Shown in pieces: positions 38,175 to 47,535 of a stretch of 56,069 nucleotides of DNA. A program made the translations under genes and the position numbers. Source of the stretch: Lachnospiraceae bacterium (GTDB taxonomy: Bacteria; Bacillota; Clostridia; Lachnospirales; Lachnospiraceae). Numbering within the stretch: position 1 is the stretch's first letter; the number at the start of each line of letters is the position of its first letter. The notes under the pieces are model-generated. The model saw nothing but the letters and a program-made list of their open reading frames with translations. It was not told the DNA's origin and searched no databases. The stretch covers positions 1-56,069 of the forward strand of contig CAVAJA010000028.1 of the NCBI GenBank assembly GCA_963588615.1, given 5' to 3'.

Positions 38175-38711
38175 ATGGAACGCAAAAAGTCCAAGCTATC
38201 CGGGTTTTTCGACGTTGTGAATAAGATCGAGGATATCATTCTGGCGATTCTGGTGATCGGAATGATTGCAACGATCCTGCTGCAGATTATCGGCAGAATT
38301 GTGGGGCATCCGTTCCCGTGGACAGAGGAGACTTCACGGTATCTGTTCCTGTGGATGATGTTCGTCGCTCTGGCAGCCGGATTTAATATGTGCGAGTCCT
38401 CTCGCGTAACACTGCTGCTGCAGGTCGGTCCCAAGTGGCTGAAAAAAGTAAGCGAGGTTCTCTATTTTGTTGTTGTAGAAGGGTTCTTTGCCTTCATGTT
38501 CATTTACGGTCTGCAGGTGGTTCAGCAGCAGATCTCCCTGAATGAGATGGGAACGGCACTTCGCATTCCGATGTATCTCATCGGCATCTGCCAGCCGGTC
38601 GGTGCAGTAATGGGCTTTATCGGAACAATTCAGAGTTTCCTGGAGTATCACGGCAAGGTCGCCATCGGCGATAAGGAAACCGAGAAACAGAAGGCACTTG
38701 AGAATGGTTGA
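38175..38711 (+). CDS. dctQ: TRAP transporter small permease
   Basis: Four TM helices, PWTEETSRYLFLW. Confidence 0.9.
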   Translation: MERKKSKLSGFFDVVNKIEDIILAILVIGMIATILLQIIGRIVGHPFPWTEETSRYLFLWMMFVALAAGFNMCESSRVTLLLQVGPKWLKKVSEVLYFVVVEGFFAFMFIYGLQVVQQQISLNEMGTALRIPMYLIGICQPVGAVMGFIGTIQSFLEYHGKVAIGDKETEKQKALENG

Positions 38712-38724
38712 GGAGGATTAGAAA

Positions 38725-40005
38725 ATGAGTGCGGCTATAATTATTCTCTTCATGGTTCTGATGTTCCTGGGAGTGCCGATCGCAGTATCCTTGGGCGCAG
38801 CATCCGTGATCGTGATGGCAACAATGTCATCACTTCCTCTGAGCATGGCAGCACAGTCCATGTTCACATCGATGAACTCTTTCATCATGGTAGCAGTTCC
38901 GCTGTTTATCCTCTGCGGTTCCCTGATGGACGAGGGCGGAATCGCAGATCGTATCTATGATCTGGCAGAGGCACTGGTCGGCTGGATTTACGGCGGCCTC
39001 GGACATGTATCGGTTGTGGTGAATATGCTGTTCGCCGGAATGTCCGGTTCTTCTGTTGCAGCAATTGCCTCCATCGGCAAGATGAGCATCAATGCTCTGG
39101 ATAAGAAGGGTTATCCGAAGGATTACGCAACTGCCATCAACCTGTCCGGCTCCATGCTGGCATCGGTTATCCCGCCTTCGATTCTGATGATCAATGCGGC
39201 GGCAACCGGCAACGTATCCATTGGTCAGGCTCTGCTGGGCGGCTTCATCCCGGGTCTTATCATCGGCTTCGTGTTCATGGTATACAATTATTTTTACTGC
39301 AAGAAGCACGGCATCGGAGATCGCATTCCGTTCAATGTCGGAAAGCTGGGAAAGGCTTTTGTCCGCGCCATTCCTGCTCTGCTGACTCCGGTTATTCTGC
39401 TGGGCGGCGTGTACACCGGCTTCTACACTCCTACTGAGGGCGCAGCCATCGCCGTAGCATATACCTGCCTGGTATCCATCTACGTGTTCAAGAATCTGAA
39501 GTGGAGGGATATCCCCCGCATCATGATCAAGAACGCACGTTCCACCGGAACCATCCTGTTCGTGGCAATCGCTGCAAAGCCGGCGTCTCTTCTGTTTGAG
39601 ATCGACGGACTTCCGAGCCGCGTTGCGAACATGATCTCCGGAATCTCCGACAACAGAATCGTGATTCTCTTCGTTCTGTATCTGTTCCTGATCGTCGTAG
39701 GAATGTTCATGGATGCAACGGCAGCCATCTTCATCCTTGTGCCGATTCTGCTCCCTGCAGTGCAGACCGTTGGTGTTTCACCGCTGTTCTTCACGGTATT
39801 CCTGGTAATCACTCTTTCCTTTGGCCTGATTACTCCTCCGGTCGGTGTGTGCCTGTACGCGGCAGAAAATGTGACGGGACTGCCATTGGAAAAGATCATC
39901 AAGGCATCGATCCCGTGGATCATATTGATCGCAATTTCCCTTTGCGTATTCATTATCTTCCCGCAGATCATTGAGGTGCCGGTGGCATTGATATTCGGAA
40001 CCTGA
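38725..40005 (+). CDS. dctM: TRAP transporter large permease
   Basis: AVPLFIL, GGLGHV, FAGMSGSS, IPPSI, TPTE, GLITPPVG. Confidence 0.93.
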   Translation: MSAAIIILFMVLMFLGVPIAVSLGAASVIVMATMSSLPLSMAAQSMFTSMNSFIMVAVPLFILCGSLMDEGGIADRIYDLAEALVGWIYGGLGHVSVVVNMLFAGMSGSSVAAIASIGKMSINALDKKGYPKDYATAINLSGSMLASVIPPSILMINAAATGNVSIGQALLGGFIPGLIIGFVFMVYNYFYCKKHGIGDRIPFNVGKLGKAFVRAIPALLTPVILLGGVYTGFYTPTEGAAIAVAYTCLVSIYVFKNLKWRDIPRIMIKNARSTGTILFVAIAAKPASLLFEIDGLPSRVANMISGISDNRIVILFVLYLFLIVVGMFMDATAAIFILVPILLPAVQTVGVSPLFFTVFLVITLSFGLITPPVGVCLYAAENVTGLPLEKIIKASIPWIILIAISLCVFIIFPQIIEVPVALIFGT

Positions 40006-40011
40006 TAAAAC

Positions 40012-40052
40012 AAGGGCCTTTCATCTGATACAATCTGATGGAAGGCTTTTTT
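40012..40052 (+). terminator. Probable terminator after dctM
   Basis: GCCTTTCATC...GATGGAAGGC followed by a T run. Confidence 0.6.
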
Positions 40053-40083
40053 AAACAAGAAGAATAGAAGGAGATATGACATT

Positions 40084-41052
40084 ATGAAAATCGTCGTTTT
40101 GGACGGATATACCGAGAATCCCGGAGACCTCTCCTGGGAGAGCCTGGAAGCGCTTGGAGAGGTAACAGTTTATGACAGGACTTCGTACGTGGAGGCACCG
40201 ATCATCGCAGAGAGACTCGGCGATGCGGACGTTGCTGTCATCAATAAGACACCGATTTCGAAGGAGACGATCGATGCCTGCCCGAACCTGAAGCTGATTG
40301 CAGTTCTGGCAACGGGATACAACGTTGTAGACTATAACTATGCAAAGGAAAGAGGAATCCCGGTCGTGAATGTTCCTACCTACGGCACACAGATCGTCGG
40401 ACAGTATGCGGTAGGACTCCTGCTCGAGATCTGCTCTCATTTCGCAGCACATGATGCAGCGGTAAAGGAAGGCAGATGGGAGAACAATGAGGACTGGTGC
40501 TTCTGGGACTATCCGATGATCGAGCTGTACGGCAAGACCGCGGGCATCATCGGTTTCGGCCGCATCGGTCAGGCAACCGGAAAGATTCTGAAGGCTATGA
40601 ACATGCGCGTTCTGGTCAACGACAAGTTTGAGTCGGAGTCCGGAAAGGCCATTGCAGATGCCTATGTTGACAGAGATACGCTTCTGAAGGAATCAGATGT
40701 TATTTTCCTTCACTGCCCGCTCTTCCCGGACACAGAGGGACTGATCAACAAAGAGAATATTGATAAGATGAAGGACGGCGTCATCATCATCAACAACAGC
40801 CGCGGCCAGCTGGTGGTGGAGCAGGATCTGGCGGATGCGCTGAATTCCGGAAAGGTGTACGCTGCAGGACTGGATGTTGTATCGACAGAGCCCATCAAGG
40901 GGGACAACCCGCTCCTGACAGCGAAAAACTGTCTGATTACGCCTCATATTTCATGGGCGGCACAGGCGGCAAGGCAGCGCATCATGGACATCACGGCAGA
41001 CAACATCAAGGCATTCCAGAACGGACAGCCTGTCAACGTGGTGAATCAATAA
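40084..41052 (+). CDS. D-2-hydroxyacid dehydrogenase (glycerate dehydrogenase / hydroxypyruvate reductase-like)
   Basis: NPGDLSW, ATGYNVVD, GIIGFGRIG, LHCPL, NNSRG, LDVVSTEP, TPHISW. Confidence 0.9.
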   Translation: MKIVVLDGYTENPGDLSWESLEALGEVTVYDRTSYVEAPIIAERLGDADVAVINKTPISKETIDACPNLKLIAVLATGYNVVDYNYAKERGIPVVNVPTYGTQIVGQYAVGLLLEICSHFAAHDAAVKEGRWENNEDWCFWDYPMIELYGKTAGIIGFGRIGQATGKILKAMNMRVLVNDKFESESGKAIADAYVDRDTLLKESDVIFLHCPLFPDTEGLINKENIDKMKDGVIIINNSRGQLVVEQDLADALNSGKVYAAGLDVVSTEPIKGDNPLLTAKNCLITPHISWAAQAARQRIMDITADNIKAFQNGQPVNVVNQ

Positions 41053-41155
41053 GAAACAGACGGAAGCGGTTTACCGAAGCGGAAACGTATTCAGCGGGGC
41101 AAGGGAGCTAAACTTCCATGCGGCCGATTGCGTGAGCGGATGTGAATAGGGGAGA

Positions 41156-42484
41156 ATGGAAATGGATAAAAACTTATCGTTTGATTATTCCAATGCAGCA
41201 TCTTTTCTGGGCGAGAATGAAGTTCGCGAGATGAAGTTTACAGCGGAGAATGCCGCGGAAAAGCTGAAATCCGGCAAAGGCGAGGGAAATGATTTTCAGG
41301 GCTGGATCGATCTGCCGGTCAACTACGACCGCGAGGAGTTCGACCGCATCAAGAAGGCGGCGAAAAAGATTCAGGGTGATTCTGACATTCTGTTCGTTAT
41401 CGGAATCGGAGGCTCCTATCTGGGAGCCCGTGCAGCCATCGAATTCCTGCGTCATGCATATTATAACGAGGTTCCGGATGAACAGCGCGGCACGCCGAAA
41501 ATTTATTTCGTCGGCAACAGCATGAGCGGAACCTATATCGAGGAGGTAATTGATCTGATAGGCGATCAGGATTTCTCGATCAATGTCATCTCCAAATCGG
41601 GAACCACGACGGAGTCCGCCATTGCGTTCCGCGTGTTCCGGAAGCTTTTGATTCAGAAATACGGAAAGGAAGAGGCTGCACGCCGCATTTATTCCACAAC
41701 GGATCAGGCGAGGGGGGCTCTGAAGACGCTCTCGGATGCAGAGGGCTATGAGTGTTTTGTCATTCCGGACGATATCGGCGGACGCTTCTCGGTACTGACG
41801 GCGGTAGGCCTGCTTCCGATCGCCGTGAGCGGCGCCGACATCGATCAGCTGATGGCAGGTGCTGCGGCTTACCGTGAAATCGCACGAAAAGAGCCGTACG
41901 AGAACAATCCGTCTCTTCTGTACGCAGGACTTCGGAACATTCTGTACCGCAAGGGCAAGACGGTGGAAATTCTGGTGAACTACGAGCCGAGTCACCACTA
42001 CATCTCGGAGTGGTGGAAACAGCTTGCCGGCGAGAGCGAAGGAAAGGATCAGAAGGGAATTTTCCCTGCATCTGTGGATTTGACCACGGATCTGCATTCT
42101 ATGGGACAGTTCATTCAGGAGGGCTCAAGGATCAAGTTTGAAACAGTTCTGAATCTGGAGAAGCCCAAGCGCGACTTTGTTCTGGAGGCGGAAGAGAATG
42201 ATCTTGACGGTTTGAATTATCTGGACGGCAGGACGATGGATTTCGTCAACAAGTGCGCCATGAAGGGAACGATGAATGCTCACGTCGAGGGCGGCAATCC
42301 GAACCTGATGGTGAACATCCCGGAGCAGAACGAATTCTATCTGGGGCAGCTGTTCTATTTCTTTGAGTATGCAATTGCGGTCAGCGGATACATCAATGCC
42401 ATCAATCCGTTCAACCAGCCCGGTGTTGAATTCTACAAGAGCAACATGTTCAAGCTGCTCGGAAAGCCCGGCTACGATAAGTAA
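41156..42484 (+). CDS. pgi: Glucose-6-phosphate isomerase
   Basis: [50 protein letters not shown]. Confidence 0.96.
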   Translation: MEMDKNLSFDYSNAASFLGENEVREMKFTAENAAEKLKSGKGEGNDFQGWIDLPVNYDREEFDRIKKAAKKIQGDSDILFVIGIGGSYLGARAAIEFLRHAYYNEVPDEQRGTPKIYFVGNSMSGTYIEEVIDLIGDQDFSINVISKSGTTTESAIAFRVFRKLLIQKYGKEEAARRIYSTTDQARGALKTLSDAEGYECFVIPDDIGGRFSVLTAVGLLPIAVSGADIDQLMAGAAAYREIARKEPYENNPSLLYAGLRNILYRKGKTVEILVNYEPSHHYISEWWKQLAGESEGKDQKGIFPASVDLTTDLHSMGQFIQEGSRIKFETVLNLEKPKRDFVLEAEENDLDGLNYLDGRTMDFVNKCAMKGTMNAHVEGGNPNLMVNIPEQNEFYLGQLFYFFEYAIAVSGYINAINPFNQPGVEFYKSNMFKLLGKPGYDK

Positions 42485-42570
42485 AATGTGAATCGGGTTA
42501 AGACTCCTCCTTGCTGAAAACGGACACGAGGATACTCTGACCCGTGACTCATACCATATCAATCCTCAAC

Positions 42571-42615
42571 AGCGAAAGCGCCTGATCCGGAAAATACGGA
42601 TCGGGCGCTTTCGCT
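42571..42615. terminator. Inverted repeat between convergent pgi and the DapA-like gene
   Basis: AGCGAAAGCGCCTGATCCG...CGGATCGGGCGCTTTCGCT. Confidence 0.8.
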
Positions 42616-42654
42616 GTGGAAAAGCATATAATTTCAGGCTTTTCGGTCAGAATT

Positions 42655-43554
42655 TTACAGGAGCCCGGCAGCGGTCATGGTATCTGCGAACCCCTTTGCG
42701 GCGGGACCTTCCGGCGTGGGGAGAGAAGGCAGATAGGGAACGCCTACATCGCGACCGCGAAGGGATGCCATATCCTTGGCGGCAACGGGGAAGCTGGCGG
42801 CGTCCATGGAAAGGCGGACGGGATTGAGCTTGAACTGTGCCTCAAGGCTTCCCTTCTGATCACCGGCAGCATATTTGTTGTAGATATCGGTGATCAGTTC
42901 CGGCATGAAGTTGGCTGCGGTGCAGACACCGCCGACGGCACCGTGACAAAGGCTGGCGTAGAGGAGCGTATCCTTGCCGCCGAATACCCTGAAATTCACA
43001 TCCCGGGTGCGGCGGATGAATTCGGAGGTCAGGGTGATGTCACCGCTCGTATCCTTCATGCCGACAATGTTGGGAATATTGTGAGCCAGCTCGTCCACGA
43101 GCTGGGCAGTGAGGCCGTAGCCGACACGCCCCGGATTGTTGTACAGGAGCATGGGGGTGTCGGGAATGCTCTCTGCAATCGTCTTAAAATGCAGGTACAG
43201 CTCTGCATAGGTCGGCTTCAGGAACATCGGCTGCAGTACACTGACAGCGGCGGCACCGTTTGCCGCGGCCATTTTGGCAAGCCGGCAGCACTTTCTGGTG
43301 TTGATGGCGCCGATGCCGAAATAGACCGGAACCCGGCCGGCGGCCTGATCGACCATGATCTTCAGGCCGCGCTCCATTTCATCCTCTTCGAGCATATAGA
43401 ACTCGCCGTTGGATCCGAAAGCCAGGATTCCGGAGACGCCGCCCTCGATTACATAATCTACCTGGCTCCGCTGACGGGCCTCATCAATGAGCTCGTTCTC
43501 ATCGCAGCAGGTTAGAATGGGTACAACCACACCCTTGATAAATTCAGTATTCAT
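42655..43554 (-). CDS. DHDPS/NAL family aldolase (2-keto-3-deoxy sugar-acid aldolase-like, probably not true DapA)
   Basis: GSNGEF in place of GTTGE, LLYNNP, GMKDTSGD; co-transcribed with garR. Confidence 0.85.
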   Translation of the reverse strand: MNTEFIKGVVVPILTCCDENELIDEARQRSQVDYVIEGGVSGILAFGSNGEFYMLEEDEMERGLKIMVDQAAGRVPVYFGIGAINTRKCCRLAKMAAANGAAAVSVLQPMFLKPTYAELYLHFKTIAESIPDTPMLLYNNPGRVGYGLTAQLVDELAHNIPNIVGMKDTSGDITLTSEFIRRTRDVNFRVFGGKDTLLYASLCHGAVGGVCTAANFMPELITDIYNKYAAGDQKGSLEAQFKLNPVRLSMDAASFPVAAKDMASLRGRDVGVPYLPSLPTPEGPAAKGFADTMTAAGLL

Positions 43555-43562
43555 ACAGCACC

Positions 43563-44450
43563 TCAGCGTCCGATCTCGATATCAGCCATCATTTCATAAT
43601 ACTGGGCAATGGCACTGTGATCCGCCTGCCCCTTGTCGTGACTGTGGAGCCACTGGAGGACTTCCTGAACCTCGGCAGTCATGGGGACGGGAGCGCCTAC
43701 GCTGTGGGCACAGTCCAGAGCATTGTTCAAATCCTTGATGTGCAGATCGATCTTGAAGCCGGGCTTGTCGTTTCCTTCGATCATCATCGGAGCCTTGGCA
43801 TTCATGACGGTGGAGCCTGCCAGTCCTCCCTTGATGGCCTGGAACACCAGCTGGGGATCCACACCGGCCTTTTGTGCAAGGGTCAGCGCCTCAGCCAGAG
43901 CCTGAATGTTGCAGGCTACGATGATCTGATTGGCGAGCTTGGTTGTATTGCCGGCACCTACCTCGCCGCAGCGGACGACAGAGGAACCCATTGCCAGAAG
44001 AAGAGGCTTGAAGGTGTCGAACACCTCCTGCTTGCCGCCGACCATGAAGCTGAGCGTGCCGTCGATGGCCTTCGGCTCGCCGCCGGAAACAGGCGCATCC
44101 AGCATTTCAATTCCCTTTTTCTCCAGTTCTGCATAGATCTCTTTGGAGGCTACGGGGTTGATGGAGCTGCAGTCGATGAAAACAGAACCTGCTTTCATGA
44201 AGCTTGCCACCTTTCCGTCTTCGAGCATGACACTTTTGACCTGAGGAGAGTTGGGCAGCATGGTGATTACGACATCGCACTGCTCACCGATTTCCTGATA
44301 GGTGGAGGCTGCCTTTGCGCCTGCAGAAACGAGTTCCTCTACAGGGGCCTGACTGCGGTTGTAAACCAGAAGGTCGGTGTAGCCGTTTTTCAGAAGATTT
44401 TTAGCCATGGGCTTTCCCATGATGCCGAGTCCGATAAATCCGATTTTCAT
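43563..44450 (-). CDS. garR: 2-hydroxy-3-oxopropionate (tartronate semialdehyde) reductase
   Basis: KIGFIGLGIMGKPM, TMLPNSPQVK, DAPVSGGEPKAIDGTLS, KLANQ, PGFKIDLHIKDL.NAL. Confidence 0.93.
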   Translation of the reverse strand: MKIGFIGLGIMGKPMAKNLLKNGYTDLLVYNRSQAPVEELVSAGAKAASTYQEIGEQCDVVITMLPNSPQVKSVMLEDGKVASFMKAGSVFIDCSSINPVASKEIYAELEKKGIEMLDAPVSGGEPKAIDGTLSFMVGGKQEVFDTFKPLLLAMGSSVVRCGEVGAGNTTKLANQIIVACNIQALAEALTLAQKAGVDPQLVFQAIKGGLAGSTVMNAKAPMMIEGNDKPGFKIDLHIKDLNNALDCAHSVGAPVPMTAEVQEVLQWLHSHDKGQADHSAIAQYYEMMADIEIGR

Positions 44451-44575
44451 GATGTAATTCCTCCTTATTTATCTTAAGAATAGGGAAAATGCAGAATTGC
44501 GGCAATCGGCAGGACTTCCAAAGGAGAAGCCCTGCCGATGCACGAAGTGTGAAAGGTTGCAGAAAATGAAAAGAT

Positions 44576-46522
44576 TTATTTCAAAACGATTCCGTATTTT
44601 TTCATGCGGCGCCAGAGCGTTGTTTTGCTGATGCCGAGTGCATCGGCGGCGGCCTGACGGTTTCCGGCGTGCTGCTTTAGGAGCTCCTCGAGCTCAGCGG
44701 CCCGGGGGTCCTTGATCACCACGACCTGTTCGGGATGAGGAGCGATGCGAGGTGCCATTTGCTCCAGCTCTTTTTGAAGGAATACTTCATCGATGGTGCG
44801 GCGTTCTGCCGTCAGGACGATGCGCTCGCACAGCCCGCGGAGCTGATCAAGATTGCCGGGCCAGGAATACTGCCGCAGGTAATCCCTTGCCCCCTGTGTC
44901 AGAGTGAAATAGCGCTTGTATCGTTTCTGAGCTTCCCTCATGCAGCTGTCGATCCAGGGGAGAATGTCATCGCGGCGCTCCCGCAGGGGCGGGAAATGCA
45001 GAGAAAGGACGTTCAGCCCGTAGTACAGATCACCGCGGAAGGTTCCCTGCTCCACCATGGAAACAAGATTAGTGCTGGTGGAGGCAATGACGCGGATGTC
45101 GGCACAAATGGGGCGGCTGGTGCCATTCCTGCGCAGCTTGCCGCGAATCAGCTGCAGCACCTTGTACTGAAGGGAAGGCGGGAGACTGTCCACGTGCTCG
45201 AGACAAAGCGTCCCCTTCTGTGCAGCCTCGGCGTAGCAGGTGTCCGAATCGGATCGGACGGAATAGCTGCCGAAGAGCAGAATGTCGAGGTCTTCCGGAT
45301 CAAAGGCAGCGCAGTCCACATCGACGAAGGCATTGGAAGCGGCAAGGCTTGCGTTGTGGAGGCACTGCGCCAGAATCAGATTTCCGTTTCCATGTTCGCC
45401 GGTGATCAGGACCGGAGCCGGGAATTTAGCAAATCTTTTTGCACGTATGAAAAGCTTTCGGGTTTGGGAATCTGCAGCGGGAAGCTGATCAAACTGGTAT
45501 CTGGCGACAAAGCCGCGCTGATAGAATTCCTCGCGAAGCCGATTGTCAATCTCAATGATCCGGTGGCTCTCCTGAAACGTCATGATGGCCCCGCAGATCT
45601 GTTCTTCTATGAGGATAGGAGCAATGTTGACAACAACCGCATGATTTTCGATGGGGACCAGGAGCGCGTAGGCTTCCTCTCCGCTGCAGAGCACTTTGTG
45701 CAGGATATCCTCCTGCAGCTTGGGAAAAATATCCCGAACGGAGTGTCCGAGGAGTGCGGAAGGATGCAGGTCCAGAAGGGAGCAGACAACACGGTTGCAG
45801 CGGCGGATGACGCCGGAGACATCGATCTGAAGAATTCCGCTGAACGTGAAGTCCAGCATGGTGTTGATTTCGGAGGCATTCTGTTTCTGAAGGTCGATGG
45901 CATGCCCCATATGATTTGCGGCAGAAAGGGCATTTCGGACACTCTCTGTTCCGGAGTGGAGCAGCATGTGCGGAAGCCCTGCTGCAGCTGCTCTGGCGCA
46001 GACAACCTCACCGCCGAAAACCGCATGACAGCCATCCTGAAGCGCCCGGTCAACGAGTGCCTCCAGGGCGGCCCGGGCGGAAATCCCGGCGGAGAAAACG
46101 GAAGCACCCGGATCATCTGCGATGTCCTCGTCCCGCAGCGTGTAGCGAACCAGTTCCATGTCGAACAGCTTTCCAAAGGAGGAGGTATCGTCCAGCGTGT
46201 TCTCGAATCCGATGATGCCGATTTGCGGATGAGCCAGCCCAAGCTGCTGTTTCATATCGAGAACCATAAGCCCCAGTTCCTGAGCTGTGATGGAAATGGT
46301 AATGACAGGGAGCGCGGTCCTGCGGCGGATGACACAGGCCTGAAGTCCCCTTGCAATGATAAGATCACAGTCTGTGCCGTTCAATGCGGCCGCACGGTCA
46401 GAGGCCTCATCGGTGTGGATCTGGTCGATGCACAGCGGCGTAAGATTCGGATATTCTTCGATGAGCTGAGAGCACAGCTCCTTCATCTGCAGCTGAGGGA
46501 CCAGAATGGCGACCTTTGCCAT
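44576..46522 (-). CDS. PrpR-like regulator (PrpR_N-PAS-AAA-Fis HTH) with a degenerate AAA+ domain
   Basis: DLIIARG N-domain, PAS, PVLITGEHGNG, FRGDLYY.LNVL...PPLRERRDDI, WPGN, LGISKTTLWRR. Confidence 0.88.
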   Translation of the reverse strand: MAKVAILVPQLQMKELCSQLIEEYPNLTPLCIDQIHTDEASDRAAALNGTDCDLIIARGLQACVIRRRTALPVITISITAQELGLMVLDMKQQLGLAHPQIGIIGFENTLDDTSSFGKLFDMELVRYTLRDEDIADDPGASVFSAGISARAALEALVDRALQDGCHAVFGGEVVCARAAAAGLPHMLLHSGTESVRNALSAANHMGHAIDLQKQNASEINTMLDFTFSGILQIDVSGVIRRCNRVVCSLLDLHPSALLGHSVRDIFPKLQEDILHKVLCSGEEAYALLVPIENHAVVVNIAPILIEEQICGAIMTFQESHRIIEIDNRLREEFYQRGFVARYQFDQLPAADSQTRKLFIRAKRFAKFPAPVLITGEHGNGNLILAQCLHNASLAASNAFVDVDCAAFDPEDLDILLFGSYSVRSDSDTCYAEAAQKGTLCLEHVDSLPPSLQYKVLQLIRGKLRRNGTSRPICADIRVIASTSTNLVSMVEQGTFRGDLYYGLNVLSLHFPPLRERRDDILPWIDSCMREAQKRYKRYFTLTQGARDYLRQYSWPGNLDQLRGLCERIVLTAERRTIDEVFLQKELEQMAPRIAPHPEQVVVIKDPRAAELEELLKQHAGNRQAAADALGISKTTLWRRMKKYGIVLK

Positions 46523-46535
46523 AGAAAACCTCTTC

Positions 46536-47465
46536 CTAATGTTTCTTTCCGGCGACAGAGATCAGAATCAGCATCAGGAAAATTGCTGCGAATCCGATTC
46601 CGTCCGTAAAGGTAAACGGACTGCCGAGAAAAACAGTGGAGATGACGGCAGCAGTAACCGGTTCGGAGAAGCCGTAGAGACTTCCTTTGTTGGGACCGAT
46701 GTATTTGAGCCCCTGGATGTAGAGAGGAAAAGCCAGTACATTTCCGACCAGCACCACGAAGGCGATGCCGAACCAGCCGACGGCGGTAGGAACATAGTGC
46801 TGATTCCAGGAACGGAAGATGATTGCGATGGCAATGCTGCCCATGAGGAAGGACCAGCCCTGCAGCAGGAGAACAGAATAACGCTTCATGAGCTTGCCGG
46901 GGACCATGTTGTAGATGGTAACGCAGACAGAACTTAGGACACCGGTTGCAAGTGCCTGAGGCGAGATCTGCATGTGCGTGATGTCTCCTCCGGTGGAAAG
47001 AAGGAATACACCGAATAATGCAAGGAAAATGGCCAGAATCTCGAGAAATCCGGGGCAACGCTTTGCAAGAAAGCAGGATATCAGAAGGATCATGGCCGGT
47101 GCGAGATCCTGCAGCAGGGTGGCGGCTCCTGCACTGGAGAGCTGAATGGTGGTGAAATACAGGAACTGGCAGGCAGATACGCCGGCCAGACCATAGATGA
47201 GGAGCCGGGATCTGTCGGAGTGATTTTTCCAGGGATCCAGAATATGCGCACCGGATTTGATGAAGCAGTAAATCAGAAGGAGAATGCCGGCCATTCCCAG
47301 ACGGATGGGAACCAGCCATCGGACATCCATCCCCTCGTGATTGAACAGGAATTGTCCCATGGAACCGGACAGACCCCAGCAGGCACCGCCCGACAAAGTC
47401 AGGACGGCGCCTTTGATGTGGTCAGAATTGGTGCGTTGCTGTATGGTGTTGCGCTTCATGTTCAT
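46536..47465 (-). CDS. DMT/EamA family transporter
   Basis: About 10 TM helices in two repeats; WGLSG, ATLLQ.LAP, EPVTA. Confidence 0.88.
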   Translation of the reverse strand: MNMKRNTIQQRTNSDHIKGAVLTLSGGACWGLSGSMGQFLFNHEGMDVRWLVPIRLGMAGILLLIYCFIKSGAHILDPWKNHSDRSRLLIYGLAGVSACQFLYFTTIQLSSAGAATLLQDLAPAMILLISCFLAKRCPGFLEILAIFLALFGVFLLSTGGDITHMQISPQALATGVLSSVCVTIYNMVPGKLMKRYSVLLLQGWSFLMGSIAIAIIFRSWNQHYVPTAVGWFGIAFVVLVGNVLAFPLYIQGLKYIGPNKGSLYGFSEPVTAAVISTVFLGSPFTFTDGIGFAAIFLMLILISVAGKKH

Positions 47466-47535
47466 GACAGATTCTCCGTGAGAGTTTAAAACCGCACGGG
47501 AAGGGCGTAAAACAAAATTTGCGGCATACGGAGTA

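Noticed and set aside
42655..43554. Calling the gene dapA (lysine biosynthesis)
   Set aside because: Lacks GTTGE and sits in a catabolic context with garR
44451..44575. Sigma-54 promoter for garR
   Set aside because: No -24/-12 consensus seen; only a hairpin at 44505-44539
44735..46609. 624-aa plus-strand ORF
   Set aside because: Antisense shadow of the PrpR-like gene; no motifs or RBS
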